From: a virus
Taxonomy: Duplodnaviria > Heunggongvirae > Uroviricota > Caudoviricetes
DNA: 55,949 bases
Reading direction: 5' to 3' (one strand)
IMG/VR virus record: IMGVR_UViG_3300045988_152564
Shown here: positions 31,038-41,175 of the stretch, one piece after another
Numbering within the stretch: position 1 is the first letter of the stretch
How the letters are laid out: every line of letters starts with the position of its first letter
Made by a program: the position numbers and the translations under genes
The notes under the pieces: model-generated
Seen by the model: the letters and a program-made list of their open reading frames with translations, nothing else
What the model was told of the DNA's origin: nothing
Databases searched by the model: none

Positions 31038-32234
31038 ATGAGTGATTCCAGCCAGCTTCACAAGGTTGCTCAAAGAGCAAACAGAATGCTCAATGTTCTG
31101 ACTGAACAAGTACAGTTGCAAAAGGATGAGCTACACGCGAACGAGTTTTACCAGGTCTATGCGAAAGCGGCACTGGCAAAATTGCCTCTACTGACTCGAG
31201 CGAACGTTGACTATGCCGTAAGTGAAATGGAAGAAAAGGGCTATGTTTTCGATAAACGCCCTGCTGGCTCTTCAATGAAATATGCGATGTCAATTCAGAA
31301 CATCATTGACATATATGAACATCGCGGAGTGCCAAAATACCGGGATCGCTACAGCGAAGCGTATGTGATTTTCATCTCCAATCTTAAAGGCGGTGTGTCA
31401 AAAACTGTATCGACGGTTTCTCTGGCGCATGCAATGCGTGCCCACCCTCATCTTCTGATGGAAGATTTAAGGATTCTGGTTATTGACCTTGATCCGCAAT
31501 CTTCAGCAACGATGTTTTTAAGCCATAAACACTCTATTGGTATCGTAAACGCAACATCTGCACAGGCTATGTTGCAGAATGTAAGCCGTGAAGAGCTGTT
31601 AGAGGAGTTTATTGTTCCTTCTGTTGTACCTGGGGTTGACGTTATGCCTGCGTCGATTGACGATGCCTTTATTGCATCCGATTGGAGAGAGCTGTGCAAT
31701 GAGCATCTACCGGGTCAGAACATCCATGCTGTCCTGAAAGAAAATGTGATTGATAAGCTGAAGAGCGATTATGACTTTATCCTCGTTGATAGTGGTCCTC
31801 ACCTTGACGCCTTCCTGAAAAATGCTTTGGCCTCGGCCAATATACTGTTTACACCTCTGCCGCCAGCAACTGTCGATTTCCACTCATCGCTTAAATACGT
31901 TGCCCGCCTTCCTGAGTTGGTGAAACTCATTTCGGATGAAGGCTGCGAGTGCCAGCTTGCGACTAACATTGGTTTTATGTCCAAGTTGAGTAACAAGGCA
32001 GATCATAAGTATTGCCATAGCTTGGCTAAAGAAGTGTTCGGTGGGGATATGCTCGATGTCGTCCTCCCTCGCCTTGACGGTTTTGAACGTTGCGGCGAGT
32101 CTTTTGACACTGTTATTTCAGCTAACCCGGCAACGTATGTTGGTAGTGCTGATGCATTGAAGAACGCGCGAATTGCCGCGGAAGATTTTGCTAAAGCAGT
32201 TTTTGACCGTATTGAATTTATCAGATCTAACTGA
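31038..32234 (+). CDS. parA: partition ATPase ParA (398 aa)
   Basis: Deviant Walker A KGGVSKTVST; N-terminal regulatory extension; length as P1 ParA. Confidence 0.9.
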   Translation: MSDSSQLHKVAQRANRMLNVLTEQVQLQKDELHANEFYQVYAKAALAKLPLLTRANVDYAVSEMEEKGYVFDKRPAGSSMKYAMSIQNIIDIYEHRGVPKYRDRYSEAYVIFISNLKGGVSKTVSTVSLAHAMRAHPHLLMEDLRILVIDLDPQSSATMFLSHKHSIGIVNATSAQAMLQNVSREELLEEFIVPSVVPGVDVMPASIDDAFIASDWRELCNEHLPGQNIHAVLKENVIDKLKSDYDFILVDSGPHLDAFLKNALASANILFTPLPPATVDFHSSLKYVARLPELVKLISDEGCECQLATNIGFMSKLSNKADHKYCHSLAKEVFGGDMLDVVLPRLDGFERCGESFDTVISANPATYVGSADALKNARIAAEDFAKAVFDRIEFIRSN

Positions 32235-32250
32235 GGAGTAAGAAACCCCC

Positions 32251-33252
32251 ATGTCAAAGAAAAACAGACCAACAATTGGGCGAACCCTTAATCCTTCAAT
32301 ATTAAGCGGATTTGATAGTTCTTCAGCCTCTGGCGATCGAGTCGAGCAGGTATTCAAGTTATCAACTGGTCGCCAGGCCACATTTATTGAAGAGGTAATA
32401 CCTCCGAACCAGGTAGAAAGCGATACCTTTGTTGATCAGCATAACAACGGGCGTGACCAGGCATCTCTTACGCCAAAATCATTAAAAAGTATCCGAAGCA
32501 CTATTAAGCATCAGCAATTTTACCCTGCAATAGGTGTTAGACGGGCTACAGGGAAAATTGAAATTTTGGATGGTTCCCGGCGTCGAGCTTCTGCCATCTT
32601 AGAGAACGTAGGGTTGCGGGTTTTAGTCACGGACCAGGAGATCAGCGTTCAGGAAGCGCAAAATTTAGCGAAAGACGTTCAGACAGCATTGCAGCACAGC
32701 ATTCGAGAAATAGGTCTGCGTTTGATGCGAATGAAAAATGATGGGATGAGTCAGAAGGATATTGCAGCCAAGGAAGGGCTGTCTCAGGCGAAAGTCACGC
32801 GTGCTCTCCAGGCAGCGAGTGCTCCGGAAGAATTAGTCGCCCTTTTCCCTGTGCAGTCGGAATTAACCTTTTCGGACTACAAAACGCTTTGTGCTGTTGG
32901 CGACGAAATGGGGAACAAGAATTTAGAGTTTGATCAGCTTATTCAAAACATATCCCCGGAAATAAACGACATCTTATCCATTGAAGAAATGGCCGAAGAT
33001 GAAGTTAAAAATAAAATCCTGCGCTTGATAACAAAGGAAGCCTCACTACTCACGGATAAAGGTTCTAAAGATAAGTCCGTAGTTACTGAATTATGGAAAT
33101 TTGAGGACAAGGATCGCTTTGCAAGGAAGCGCGTGAAAGGCCGTGCATTTTCTTATGAGTTTAATCGACTTTCAAAAGAGCTACAGGAAGAACTCGACAG
33201 GATGATTGGGCATATCCTTAGAAAGAGCCTCGATAAAAAGCCGAAGCCTTAA
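32251..33252 (+). CDS. parB: partition protein ParB (333 aa)
   Basis: Immediately downstream of parA, followed by parS-like boxes; length as P1 ParB. Confidence 0.9.
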   Translation: MSKKNRPTIGRTLNPSILSGFDSSSASGDRVEQVFKLSTGRQATFIEEVIPPNQVESDTFVDQHNNGRDQASLTPKSLKSIRSTIKHQQFYPAIGVRRATGKIEILDGSRRRASAILENVGLRVLVTDQEISVQEAQNLAKDVQTALQHSIREIGLRLMRMKNDGMSQKDIAAKEGLSQAKVTRALQAASAPEELVALFPVQSELTFSDYKTLCAVGDEMGNKNLEFDQLIQNISPEINDILSIEEMAEDEVKNKILRLITKEASLLTDKGSKDKSVVTELWKFEDKDRFARKRVKGRAFSYEFNRLSKELQEELDRMIGHILRKSLDKKPKP

Positions 33253-33254
33253 AC

Positions 33255-33342
33255 TTTCGCCATTCAAATTTCACTATTAACCTACTGTTTTTAAAGTAAA
33301 TCACTCTAAAATTTCAAGGTGAAATCGCCACGATTTCACCTT
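33255..33342. promoter_or_regulatory. parS-like centromere: hexamer TCGCCA and heptamer ATTTCAC boxes around an AT-rich spacer
   Basis: TCGCCA 33257-62, ATTTCAC 33268-74, AT-rich spacer, then GTGAAAT-TCGCCA-cg-ATTTCAC at ~33320-33341. Confidence 0.7.
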
Positions 33343-33403
33343 GGATTTTACCTTCCTCCCCTACTCCCGAAAAAAATAAAAAAATTGCTTGTCACGAGAA
33401 AGT

Positions 33404-33427
33404 CAACAAGTGACTTTCAATAAAATC
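33404..33427 (+). promoter_or_regulatory. putative late promoter (caacaagTGACTttcaaTAAAATc)
   Basis: Same motif and spacing as 12727 and 46174. Confidence 0.45.
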
Positions 33428-33456
33428 TCTTCCGAAAAGGGATTCACACAAGTGCC

Positions 33457-35184
33457 TTGTGTTTAAGGAAGAGTAAATTGAGTAACTTACGCGAATACCA
33501 GAATCGTATTGCAGATATCGCAAAACGCTCTAAAGCTGTGCTTGGCTGGGCAAGCACTGCGCAGTTCGGTACTGATAACCAATTCATTAAAGATGATGCC
33601 GCGCGTGCCGCATCTATCCTTGAAGCTGCACGTAAAGACCCAATTTTTGCGGGTATCTCTGATAATGCCACCGCTCAAATCGCTACAGCGTGGGCAAGTG
33701 CACTGGCTGACTACGCCGCAACACATAAATCTATGCCACGTCCGGAAATTCTGGCCTCCTGCCATCAGACGCTGGAAAACTGCCTGATTGAGTCCACCCG
33801 CAATAGCATGGACGCCACCAATAAAGCGATGCTGGAATCAGTCGCGGCAGAGATGATGAGTGTTTCTGACGGGGTTATGCGTCTGCCTTTATTCTTGGCG
33901 ATGATCCTGCCTGTTCAGTTGGGGGCAGCTACCGCTGATGCGTGTACATTCATTCCGGTTACGCGTGACAAGTCCGAAATCTATGAAATCTTTAACGTAG
34001 CGGGTTCTTCTTTTGGCTCCTATGCTATTGGTGATGTTCTGGACATGCAATCCGTTGGCGTGTACAGCCAGTTGCGCCGCCGCTATGTGCTGGTTGCAAG
34101 CTCCGACGGCACCAGCAAAACTGCAACCTTCAAGATGGAAGATGTCGAAGGTCAGAATGTCCCGATTCGCAAAGGTCGCACAAACATCTACGTTAACCGT
34201 ATTAAGTCTGTTGTTGATAACGGCTCCGGTACTCTGCTTCACACATTCAATAACAAAGCAGGCGAACAAATCACTGTTACTTGCTCTTTGAATTACAACG
34301 TTGGTCAGATTGCCCTGTCGTTCTCCAAAGCGCCGGATAAAGGCACTGAGATCGCCATTGAGGCGGAGATCAATATAGAAGCAGCTCCTGAGCTGATCCC
34401 ACTTATCAACCACGAAATGAAGAGTTACACCCTGTTCCCAAACCAGTTCGTCATCGCGGCTGAGCACACGGTACAGGCGGCGTATGAAGCACAGCGTGAA
34501 TTTGGTCTGGATCTTGGCTCCCTACAGTTCCGCACCCTGAAGGAATACCTGTCCCATGAGCAAGATATGCTTCGTCTTCGTATCATGATTTGGCGAACTC
34601 TTGCGACCGACTCCTTTGATATTGCACTACCAGCTAACCAGACCTTTGATGTGTGGGCAACCATCATTCGAGGCAAATTCCAGACGGTATATCGCGGTAT
34701 TATTGAGCGTGTTAAATCTTCTGGTGCGATGGGGATGTATGCCGGTGCTGATGCGGCATCTTTCTTCAAACAATTGCCGAAGGATTTCTTCCAGCCAGCA
34801 GAAGATTACATCCAGACCCCATACGTCCACTACATTGGCACTCTGTTCGGCAACGTCAAAGTGTTCGAAGTACCAGAAGGTATTTGTACGAACCTGACCG
34901 CCGACGGTATCCAGTTCAGCCCAATGGATGTGCTGTGCTACGTCCGTGATGAAAATCCGGGCAAAGCGGGCTTCGTAACTGGTGATGCAGTCCCGGCTGT
35001 CCCATTCCAGCATCCGACCACCCCGGCACTAGTCAACCGAACCACTCTGTGGGGTTCGGCTATCAACGATATGCATCCACGCAACGGTGCTGACTACTTC
35101 ACCCGTGTAACTCTGACTATGGCAAAAAATGGCGGAATTAACTTCCTGACCGGTAACACGATTGATGCTGGTGACTCTGAGTAA
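33457..35184 (+). CDS. virion structural protein, candidate major head protein precursor (P1 gp23-like); a TTG at 33478 with RBS may be the real start
   Basis: Large late gene directly behind a late-promoter motif, adjacent to par; product assignment from map memory only. Confidence 0.5.
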   Translation: MCLRKSKLSNLREYQNRIADIAKRSKAVLGWASTAQFGTDNQFIKDDAARAASILEAARKDPIFAGISDNATAQIATAWASALADYAATHKSMPRPEILASCHQTLENCLIESTRNSMDATNKAMLESVAAEMMSVSDGVMRLPLFLAMILPVQLGAATADACTFIPVTRDKSEIYEIFNVAGSSFGSYAIGDVLDMQSVGVYSQLRRRYVLVASSDGTSKTATFKMEDVEGQNVPIRKGRTNIYVNRIKSVVDNGSGTLLHTFNNKAGEQITVTCSLNYNVGQIALSFSKAPDKGTEIAIEAEINIEAAPELIPLINHEMKSYTLFPNQFVIAAEHTVQAAYEAQREFGLDLGSLQFRTLKEYLSHEQDMLRLRIMIWRTLATDSFDIALPANQTFDVWATIIRGKFQTVYRGIIERVKSSGAMGMYAGADAASFFKQLPKDFFQPAEDYIQTPYVHYIGTLFGNVKVFEVPEGICTNLTADGIQFSPMDVLCYVRDENPGKAGFVTGDAVPAVPFQHPTTPALVNRTTLWGSAINDMHPRNGADYFTRVTLTMAKNGGINFLTGNTIDAGDSE

Positions 35185-35244
35185 TCAGGGGAAGCTCTCC
35201 GTTTAACATAGCGCCCCCGCGCGGGGCGCATAACAGGGAAAGTT

Positions 35245-36834
35245 ATGTCTCAATATTCAATTCAACAGTCATTAGGTAATGCATCCGGCGTCGCGGTTAG
35301 CCCGATCAATGCCGATGCGACGTTATCTACCGGTGTTGCATTAAATAGCAGCTTGTGGGCTGGTATTGGCGTATTTGCGCGTGGCAAGCCGTTTACTGTT
35401 CTTGCGGTTACTGAGTCCAATTACGAAGATGTTCTTGGCGAACCGCTGAAGCCGTCTTCCGGCTCACAGTTTGAACCAATTCGCCATGTGTACGAAGCTA
35501 TTCAGCATACGTCTGGTTATGTTGTCCGTGCTGTTCCGGATGATGCGAAGTTCCCGATTATTATGTTCGATGAATCAGGCGAACCGGCTAACAGTGCGTT
35601 GCCATACGGTTCTGAAATTGAACTTGATAGCGGCGAAGCCTTTGCTATCTACGTTGATGATGGTGATCCGTGTATTTCACCTACCCGTGAGTTAACCATC
35701 GAAACGGCAACAGCGGACAGCGCGGGTAATGAACGCTTCCTCTTAAAACTGACCCAGACGACTTCGCTCGGTGTGGTAACGACCCTGGAGACACACACTG
35801 TGTCTTTGGCGGAAGAAGCGAAAGATGACATGGGCCGCTTGTGTTATCTGCCTACGGCTCTGGAAGCCCGTTCTAAATATCTGCGTGCGGTTGTTAATGA
35901 AGAGCTGATTTCTACAGCGAAAGTAACAAATAAAAAATCGGTGGCATTCACTGGCGGTACCAATGGCGATCAGTCGAAAATCTCAACCGCTGCTTACCTG
36001 CGTGCGGTTAAAGTGCTGAATAATGCGCCGTACATGTACACCGCTGTTCTTGGCCTGGGCTGCTATGACAATGCGGCTATCACCGCATTAGGTAAAATCT
36101 GTGCAGATCGCCTGATTGATGGCTTCTTTGATGTCAAACCGACATTAAGGTACGCAGAAGCACTAACAGCTGTTGAGGGTACCGGTTTACTTGGTACCGA
36201 TTATGTAAGCTGTTCTGTCTATCACTACCCGTTCTCCTGCAAAGACAAATGGACCCAATCCCGTGTGGTCTTCGGTCTGTCTGGCGCGGCGTATGCGGCG
36301 AAAGCTCGTGGCGTCAAGAAAAACTCTGATGTCGGCGGTTGGCATTACTCACCGGCTGGTGAAGAACGTGCCGTCATTGCTCGTGCGTCAATTCAACCGC
36401 TGTATCCGGAAGATACCCCGGACGAAGAAGCAATGGTCAAGGGCCGTCTCAATAAAGTATCTGTTGGCACCTCTGGCCAGATGATCATCGACGATGCTTT
36501 AACTTGCTGCACGCAGGATAACTATCTGCACTTCCAGCACGTCCCATCCCTGATGAATGCAATCAGTCGTTTCTTTGTCCAGTTAGCCCGACAGATGAAG
36601 CATAGCCCGGACGGTATTACTGCGGCTGGCCTGACTAAAGGGATGACCAAACTTTTAGATCGCTTTGTCGCCTCCGGCGCTCTGGTGGCTCCTCGTGATC
36701 CCGATGCTGACGGTACAGAACCGTATGTGCTGAAAGTTACGCAGGCGGAATTCGATAAATGGGAAGTAGTCTGGGCCTGCTGCCCGACTGGCGTAGCCCG
36801 TCGTATCCAGGGCGTACCGCTGCTTATTAAGTAA
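35245..36834 (+). CDS. virion structural protein, candidate tail sheath (529 aa)
   Basis: Size and position upstream of a tube-sized gene in a contractile-tail module; no motif verified. Confidence 0.45.
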   Translation: MSQYSIQQSLGNASGVAVSPINADATLSTGVALNSSLWAGIGVFARGKPFTVLAVTESNYEDVLGEPLKPSSGSQFEPIRHVYEAIQHTSGYVVRAVPDDAKFPIIMFDESGEPANSALPYGSEIELDSGEAFAIYVDDGDPCISPTRELTIETATADSAGNERFLLKLTQTTSLGVVTTLETHTVSLAEEAKDDMGRLCYLPTALEARSKYLRAVVNEELISTAKVTNKKSVAFTGGTNGDQSKISTAAYLRAVKVLNNAPYMYTAVLGLGCYDNAAITALGKICADRLIDGFFDVKPTLRYAEALTAVEGTGLLGTDYVSCSVYHYPFSCKDKWTQSRVVFGLSGAAYAAKARGVKKNSDVGGWHYSPAGEERAVIARASIQPLYPEDTPDEEAMVKGRLNKVSVGTSGQMIIDDALTCCTQDNYLHFQHVPSLMNAISRFFVQLARQMKHSPDGITAAGLTKGMTKLLDRFVASGALVAPRDPDADGTEPYVLKVTQAEFDKWEVVWACCPTGVARRIQGVPLLIK

Positions 36835-36843
36835 GGGAATACA

Positions 36844-37659
36844 ATGAGCAAAAACTTTTTTCAATCCGGGGCATTTTTGGGGAATGGACTGTCCCGTTTC
36901 GCTTTGAACTCTGATCCTGTGCAGCTGATGGAGTCTGCCCGAGCAAGCGCCGAACCGCCAACAGATCCGGTTATTAATAATAATCCGGAACCGGCGGCAC
37001 AGACTAACGATAACGTTCCATCTGCCCCGGCTCCAGAGCAAATCCTGGAAGGGAAAGACGGTAAAGAATGGACCGTCGAACAGGCGCACCAGATGATTCT
37101 GGAAGCTGCAAATCGAAGTGCTATGCAGAATGCGTTGAGTGATGCGGCCGACGCCGTTTTCTCCTGGGCTGATAGCGGTGATCTGACTTTCGACTCCCTT
37201 GATGGTTTCGTTCAGGCTATCGCTGGTATCTCTGATGACGACGACTCCGAAGTTACAGAAGAACAGGACGATGCCTATAACGAAGCATGGGCAAATGTTG
37301 CTGACTTCCTCGCAGCATGCGGTGTAGATGATGACCTGATCGAAGCACTGGCTGACGATGAAGACGACGACGCTGCTGCTGATGTTGGTGCCTCTATCGC
37401 TGGTTTAGATAGCGACGACCGCGACGAACTGGAAGCGGCGTTTGTTGTTGCTGGCACTTCTGATGAAATGCTGACTGAAGCATTTAAGAAGGTTGTTCGT
37501 AACGGTGAGATCAAACTCATCCGTAAACGCCTGCGTAAAAAACGTCTGACTGCGGCTCAAAAATCGGCGCTGAAAAAAGCGCGTCGAAAAGCCCAGACCG
37601 GCGCGGCAAAACTTGCCCGCAAAAAGTCAATGAAACTGCGCCGTAAGCGCCTTGGCTAA
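36844..37659 (+). CDS. acidic protein with strongly basic C-terminal tail (271 aa)
   Basis: Asp/Glu-rich body, C-terminal KRLRKKRLTAAQKSALKKARRKAQ. Confidence 0.5.
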   Translation: MSKNFFQSGAFLGNGLSRFALNSDPVQLMESARASAEPPTDPVINNNPEPAAQTNDNVPSAPAPEQILEGKDGKEWTVEQAHQMILEAANRSAMQNALSDAADAVFSWADSGDLTFDSLDGFVQAIAGISDDDDSEVTEEQDDAYNEAWANVADFLAACGVDDDLIEALADDEDDDAAADVGASIAGLDSDDRDELEAAFVVAGTSDEMLTEAFKKVVRNGEIKLIRKRLRKKRLTAAQKSALKKARRKAQTGAAKLARKKSMKLRRKRLG

Positions 37660-37694
37660 AGGAGGAGGCCGGAGAACTCCGGCCTTTAACTTGA

Positions 37695-38276
37695 ATGGCA
37701 CCTATACCTTATGGGGTTTACAGCCAGGCTGACGGTGTATCGCCATTTCTGAAAGTTACTTTAACGAACTCTCAGTACCAGGTTACCGGATATATCAGCC
37801 AGGGAGCGGCAATGAACATGGCCCAGAATTGGGAAGCGCCGTTTACCGGTATGTCCATGGGATCTGTTTCTGGTGCTCTGGGTGGTTTTGTGCAAGTAGG
37901 TACTGAAACAACGTCGGTTGCCCGTTGGAATAGCTTAATGGTTTGGGAAGGGGGGACTCCGCCGACGTTCACGCTGCCTGTAACTTTCATTGCTTTGAAC
38001 AATCCATTCATTGAAGTTTCAGGCGCTATCGCCGCGTTGACAGCCATGATTAGCCCGGAACTAAAAGCGGCCAATGTTGGTGGTCGAATCCCGGAGCGCG
38101 TGACGCTAAACATTGGTCGCCGGATCAACATCACCGATGTCGCCATCCAGGACTTAAGTTTTGATCTCGATGCGCCAAGGGACAGTAATGGATATTTCCT
38201 GAAAAACACCGTCAACCTCCAGTTGACCGGTTCTTCGATATATAACAGCTCCGATATTGTTCGGGCGTTCCAGTAA
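37695..38276 (+). CDS. candidate tail tube protein (193 aa)
   Basis: ~21 kDa product in the sheath-tube position. Confidence 0.45.
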   Translation: MAPIPYGVYSQADGVSPFLKVTLTNSQYQVTGYISQGAAMNMAQNWEAPFTGMSMGSVSGALGGFVQVGTETTSVARWNSLMVWEGGTPPTFTLPVTFIALNNPFIEVSGAIAALTAMISPELKAANVGGRIPERVTLNIGRRINITDVAIQDLSFDLDAPRDSNGYFLKNTVNLQLTGSSIYNSSDIVRAFQ

Positions 38277-38287
38277 AAGGATTTTAT

Positions 38288-38797
38288 ATGGGGCACAATA
38301 ACACTAAGGGAAACCGTAAATTTATTAAGGGCCGCTATACTGCCAACGCGGCCAAAGGCGAACGACTGGTATCTTCTGAATTCCAGCTCACTTTTGCAGG
38401 CCATGAAGATATCAGCGTACTGGTTCGCACGTCGCAAATCCCTGAAATGACACGCGAGGATGTGGAGGACTATGGTCCGAATGGTGTGAAGTTCAACCAG
38501 CACGGACCAATTCGAAACTCTGGGGAAATCCAGGTCCAGTGCGTGGAGACTATCGAAGGCGATATTCTTCAGTTCATCAAGGATCGCATTGCGGCGAAGG
38601 ACTATGTTGATATCACGATGGCTGCTACCCCTGAATCCAAATCTTCCGGGGTTAACGCTGTGACAAAAGCTGCTACAACAATTGAAATGTTGGACTGCAA
38701 AATCTACAGTGATGCAATCGACTTTAGTACCGAAGATGTGACTGCCGCTGTGCGCCCGTCACTTCGTATCGTCTACAACTGGATTGAGTGGGATTAA
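38288..38797 (+). CDS. late structural protein (169 aa)
   Basis: Last gene of the operon, followed by a strong terminator. Confidence 0.45.
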   Translation: MGHNNTKGNRKFIKGRYTANAAKGERLVSSEFQLTFAGHEDISVLVRTSQIPEMTREDVEDYGPNGVKFNQHGPIRNSGEIQVQCVETIEGDILQFIKDRIAAKDYVDITMAATPESKSSGVNAVTKAATTIEMLDCKIYSDAIDFSTEDVTAAVRPSLRIVYNWIEWD

Positions 38798-38816
38798 GAG
38801 TCATCCCTTGTATTTT

Positions 38817-38841
38817 AAAGCTCCTTCGGGAGCTTTTTTTA
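38817..38841 (+). terminator. rho-independent terminator (AGCTCC-TTCG-GGAGCT + T7)
   Basis: Perfect 6-bp GC-rich stem, UUCG loop, T-run. Confidence 0.75.
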
Positions 38842-38959
38842 TAACTATTTTATATAAGAATGCATCGATAACATTGTCTTGAGTTTTATGTTAGATTATT
38901 AATGTTCTAATAAACTACAATTATTGAGGTAGATGTTTGTGCCTGTACTGTTAAAGGGG

Positions 38960-39565
38960 GACTCTAAAATGGCTGTGATTCCAATGTCGTACTCCCCGGG
39001 TACTGTCGCTCGTCGATTTTCGATCCTGGACGGAGTTACCATCCAGGGTGTGCTTTACCAGGTTATATGGGATTCCAAAACCCCATTTGCAGCTGTAATA
39101 GAGGCTGCGCCTTCTGTTATCGATGGTGATATGCGCCATAAGGTTGTCGCTACTCTTGAACTTCAACGTCGCCCGCAGCTTGAAGGCGTACTGGTAAGGA
39201 AGTTCTGGGAGGATAGCGATGTTGCCCAGATTGAAGGTATCGTGGTTGATGGAACCGTCCGGGATGTCGGTTTAGCTACTTTTGTTTACGAAACCGTAGC
39301 CTCAAAAGCTGGTGTTGTTTTGCTCAGTGATAATGAGCAATACGAAGGTGGAAAAGCTCTTTGGCAACACATCGCCCGTCGCTCTTCCGAGCTAAAAGTG
39401 TTTATCCTCGACACCGATGCCGCTCAGTATTACCCGTTTGACGGCGAACGTGTTTGCTATGACGGGGTAAGTATTCCTGAATCCGAGATATGGAGTGAAC
39501 ACCCAGATCGAAGTAAGCATGGGGTTGTTCTGGTCGCTGAATCCATAATTGGAAAGGCGGCATAG
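38960..39565 (+). CDS. orphan hypothetical protein (201 aa from ATG at 38960 with AAGGGGGA RBS)
   Basis: Stand-alone gene with its own AT-rich upstream region, between the tail-operon terminator and the IS element. Confidence 0.5.
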   Translation, partial: DSKMAVIPMSYSPGTVARRFSILDGVTIQGVLYQVIWDSKTPFAAVIEAAPSVIDGDMRHKVVATLELQRRPQLEGVLVRKFWEDSDVAQIEGIVVDGTVRDVGLATFVYETVASKAGVVLLSDNEQYEGGKALWQHIARRSSELKVFILDTDAAQYYPFDGERVCYDGVSIPESEIWSEHPDRSKHGVVLVAESIIGKAA

Positions 39566-39859
39566 CAGTAAAAAATTCCTTGCTCCTAAAAAGGGGAGAG
39601 GGCTAATCTACGTATGCTAAGCATAGATATGGCCTCAGATTAATGTTAAGCGTCTTGCAGGACGCGTAATGTTATCTGGGGCTTTCTTCTATCTGCTTGT
39701 CGGGTAATGCCTGAAGCAGATAGCCTCAAGCACCCGCAGCGATTGTATCAATGTCTGGCTTTTTTTCTATAGAAATCACCTGGAAGGGTGAATACCCACA
39801 TCAGAAGAAACGTTGCAGCAAACATGATCCCTAATGGCCAGACCGCGCCAAAGAAAATC

Positions 39860-41175
39860 CATAGTGACTGCTCCCCGCCCTGTCGGGCGAGGCTTCCCAC
39901 TTCTTAAGCCGCAACCGTCTGTGTGACGGATTTACGCTGGCCTCCATGGGCAGAAACGACGAGTCCCGCCGCTTGTAATTCCAGTATGCCCTTGCGTTTG
40001 ATGTTGAGCGCCGCATTGATATCGCGGTCATGTTCAACTCCACACTCTGGACACTGCCAGAAGCGCTTATGTAATGGCATCTCCGACATTTTGTGACCGC
40101 AGCAGTGGCAGGTTTTCGAACTGGCGAACCATTGATCCAGTTTCACCAGATGCACACCTTTCTCTGTTGCTTTGTATTCCAGTTTTGTGATGAATCCAGA
40201 CCATCCAGCATCGCCTATCGCACGAGCCAGATGGTGATTTTTCATCATATTTGCCGTTTTCAATGTCTCGACAATTACCGCTTGGTTTTCGTCAACAATT
40301 GCGCGAGATAACTTGTGCTGGAAATCGGCACGGGCACTGGCTACCCGTTCGTGAACGGCTGCAAGTTGTATTCTGGCTTTGCGCCTGTTTGCGCTCCCTT
40401 TTTTCTTACGGGACAGTGCTTTCTGCTTCCGGCGCAGGTTGCGACTTGCATTGATTAGGTGGCGGGGACTGGCAATTTTATTGCCGTCCGATTTGATGAC
40501 AAAATGCGCCAGCCCCATATCCAGCCCTGTCACATTTGATATCAGTGCGGGCTTTGCCGGCGCTTCCATCCCGTCGTCACAGAGTAACGACGCGTAGTAT
40601 TTCCCGGTTGCGCTGCGGCTCAACGTGATACTTTTCAGCATTCCCGTAATTTCACGATGTAAACGCGCTTCAATCGGCAAGATTTTCGGTATTTTTATCG
40701 CACCATCAAGGACTTTTATGCCAACACAATGATAGCTAGATTGTCTGCCGTGTTTACTTTTAAAGGTAGGTTTACCTGCTTTCAGTTTCGGATTGAAAAA
40801 GTTAGAAAAAGCCACGTCGAGGTTAATTACCGCCTGCTGCAACGCAATAGAATCATATTCTTTAAGCCATCCATACCGGCGGGATTTCTTCGCCACTGCA
40901 AGCAGTGGTTTGAGGTCTTTACGCGGGTTTAAATTTACGCGGTGCCGCTGGTAAGAATGTTTCTTGATATGCAGAGCTTTGTTGTACACAAAACGCACTG
41001 CACCGAACTGGGCGTTGATAAATTCAGCCTGTTCTGGTGTCGGATAGATGCGTACTTTTGTTGCTCTTAACATAGTCACCGCTCATTGGTACAGGTTTTT
41101 ATACTAACACCGTAATAATATTTTTAAAGCCCTTCGGGCTTTTCCGCCTTTCCTCCCCGCCCGCATTGGGCGAGG
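39860..41175 (-). mobile_element. IS200/IS605-family element carrying tnpB only (boundaries approximate)
   Basis: TnpB ORF flanked by related imperfect palindromes ctccccgccc...gggcgagg at ~39871-39898 and ~41143-41170; no tnpA. Confidence 0.5.
39904..41079 (-). CDS. tnpB: TnpB (OrfB) RuvC-like RNA-guided nuclease family protein (391 aa)
   Basis: RuvC-like GLDMG, C-terminal zinc ribbon CHCCGHKM...CPECG, DRDINAALNI. Confidence 0.85.
   Translation of the reverse strand: MTMLRATKVRIYPTPEQAEFINAQFGAVRFVYNKALHIKKHSYQRHRVNLNPRKDLKPLLAVAKKSRRYGWLKEYDSIALQQAVINLDVAFSNFFNPKLKAGKPTFKSKHGRQSSYHCVGIKVLDGAIKIPKILPIEARLHREITGMLKSITLSRSATGKYYASLLCDDGMEAPAKPALISNVTGLDMGLAHFVIKSDGNKIASPRHLINASRNLRRKQKALSRKKKGSANRRKARIQLAAVHERVASARADFQHKLSRAIVDENQAVIVETLKTANMMKNHHLARAIGDAGWSGFITKLEYKATEKGVHLVKLDQWFASSKTCHCCGHKMSEMPLHKRFWQCPECGVEHDRDINAALNIKRKGILELQAAGLVVSAHGGQRKSVTQTVAA

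Noticed and set aside
33889-35013. Antisense ORFs 33889..34467, 34425..34769, 34627..35013 within the candidate head-protein gene
   Set aside because: Overlap a long sense ORF sitting behind a late-promoter motif; no independent start signals
37772-38503. Minus-strand 243-aa ORF across the tube-region genes
   Set aside because: Antisense to two tightly packed sense genes followed by a clear plus-strand terminator
39825-39905. Short plus-strand ORF (MIPNGQTAPKK...) at the 3' flank of tnpB
   Set aside because: Lies within the subterminal palindrome region of the IS where a structured guide-type RNA is expected; too short and no RBS
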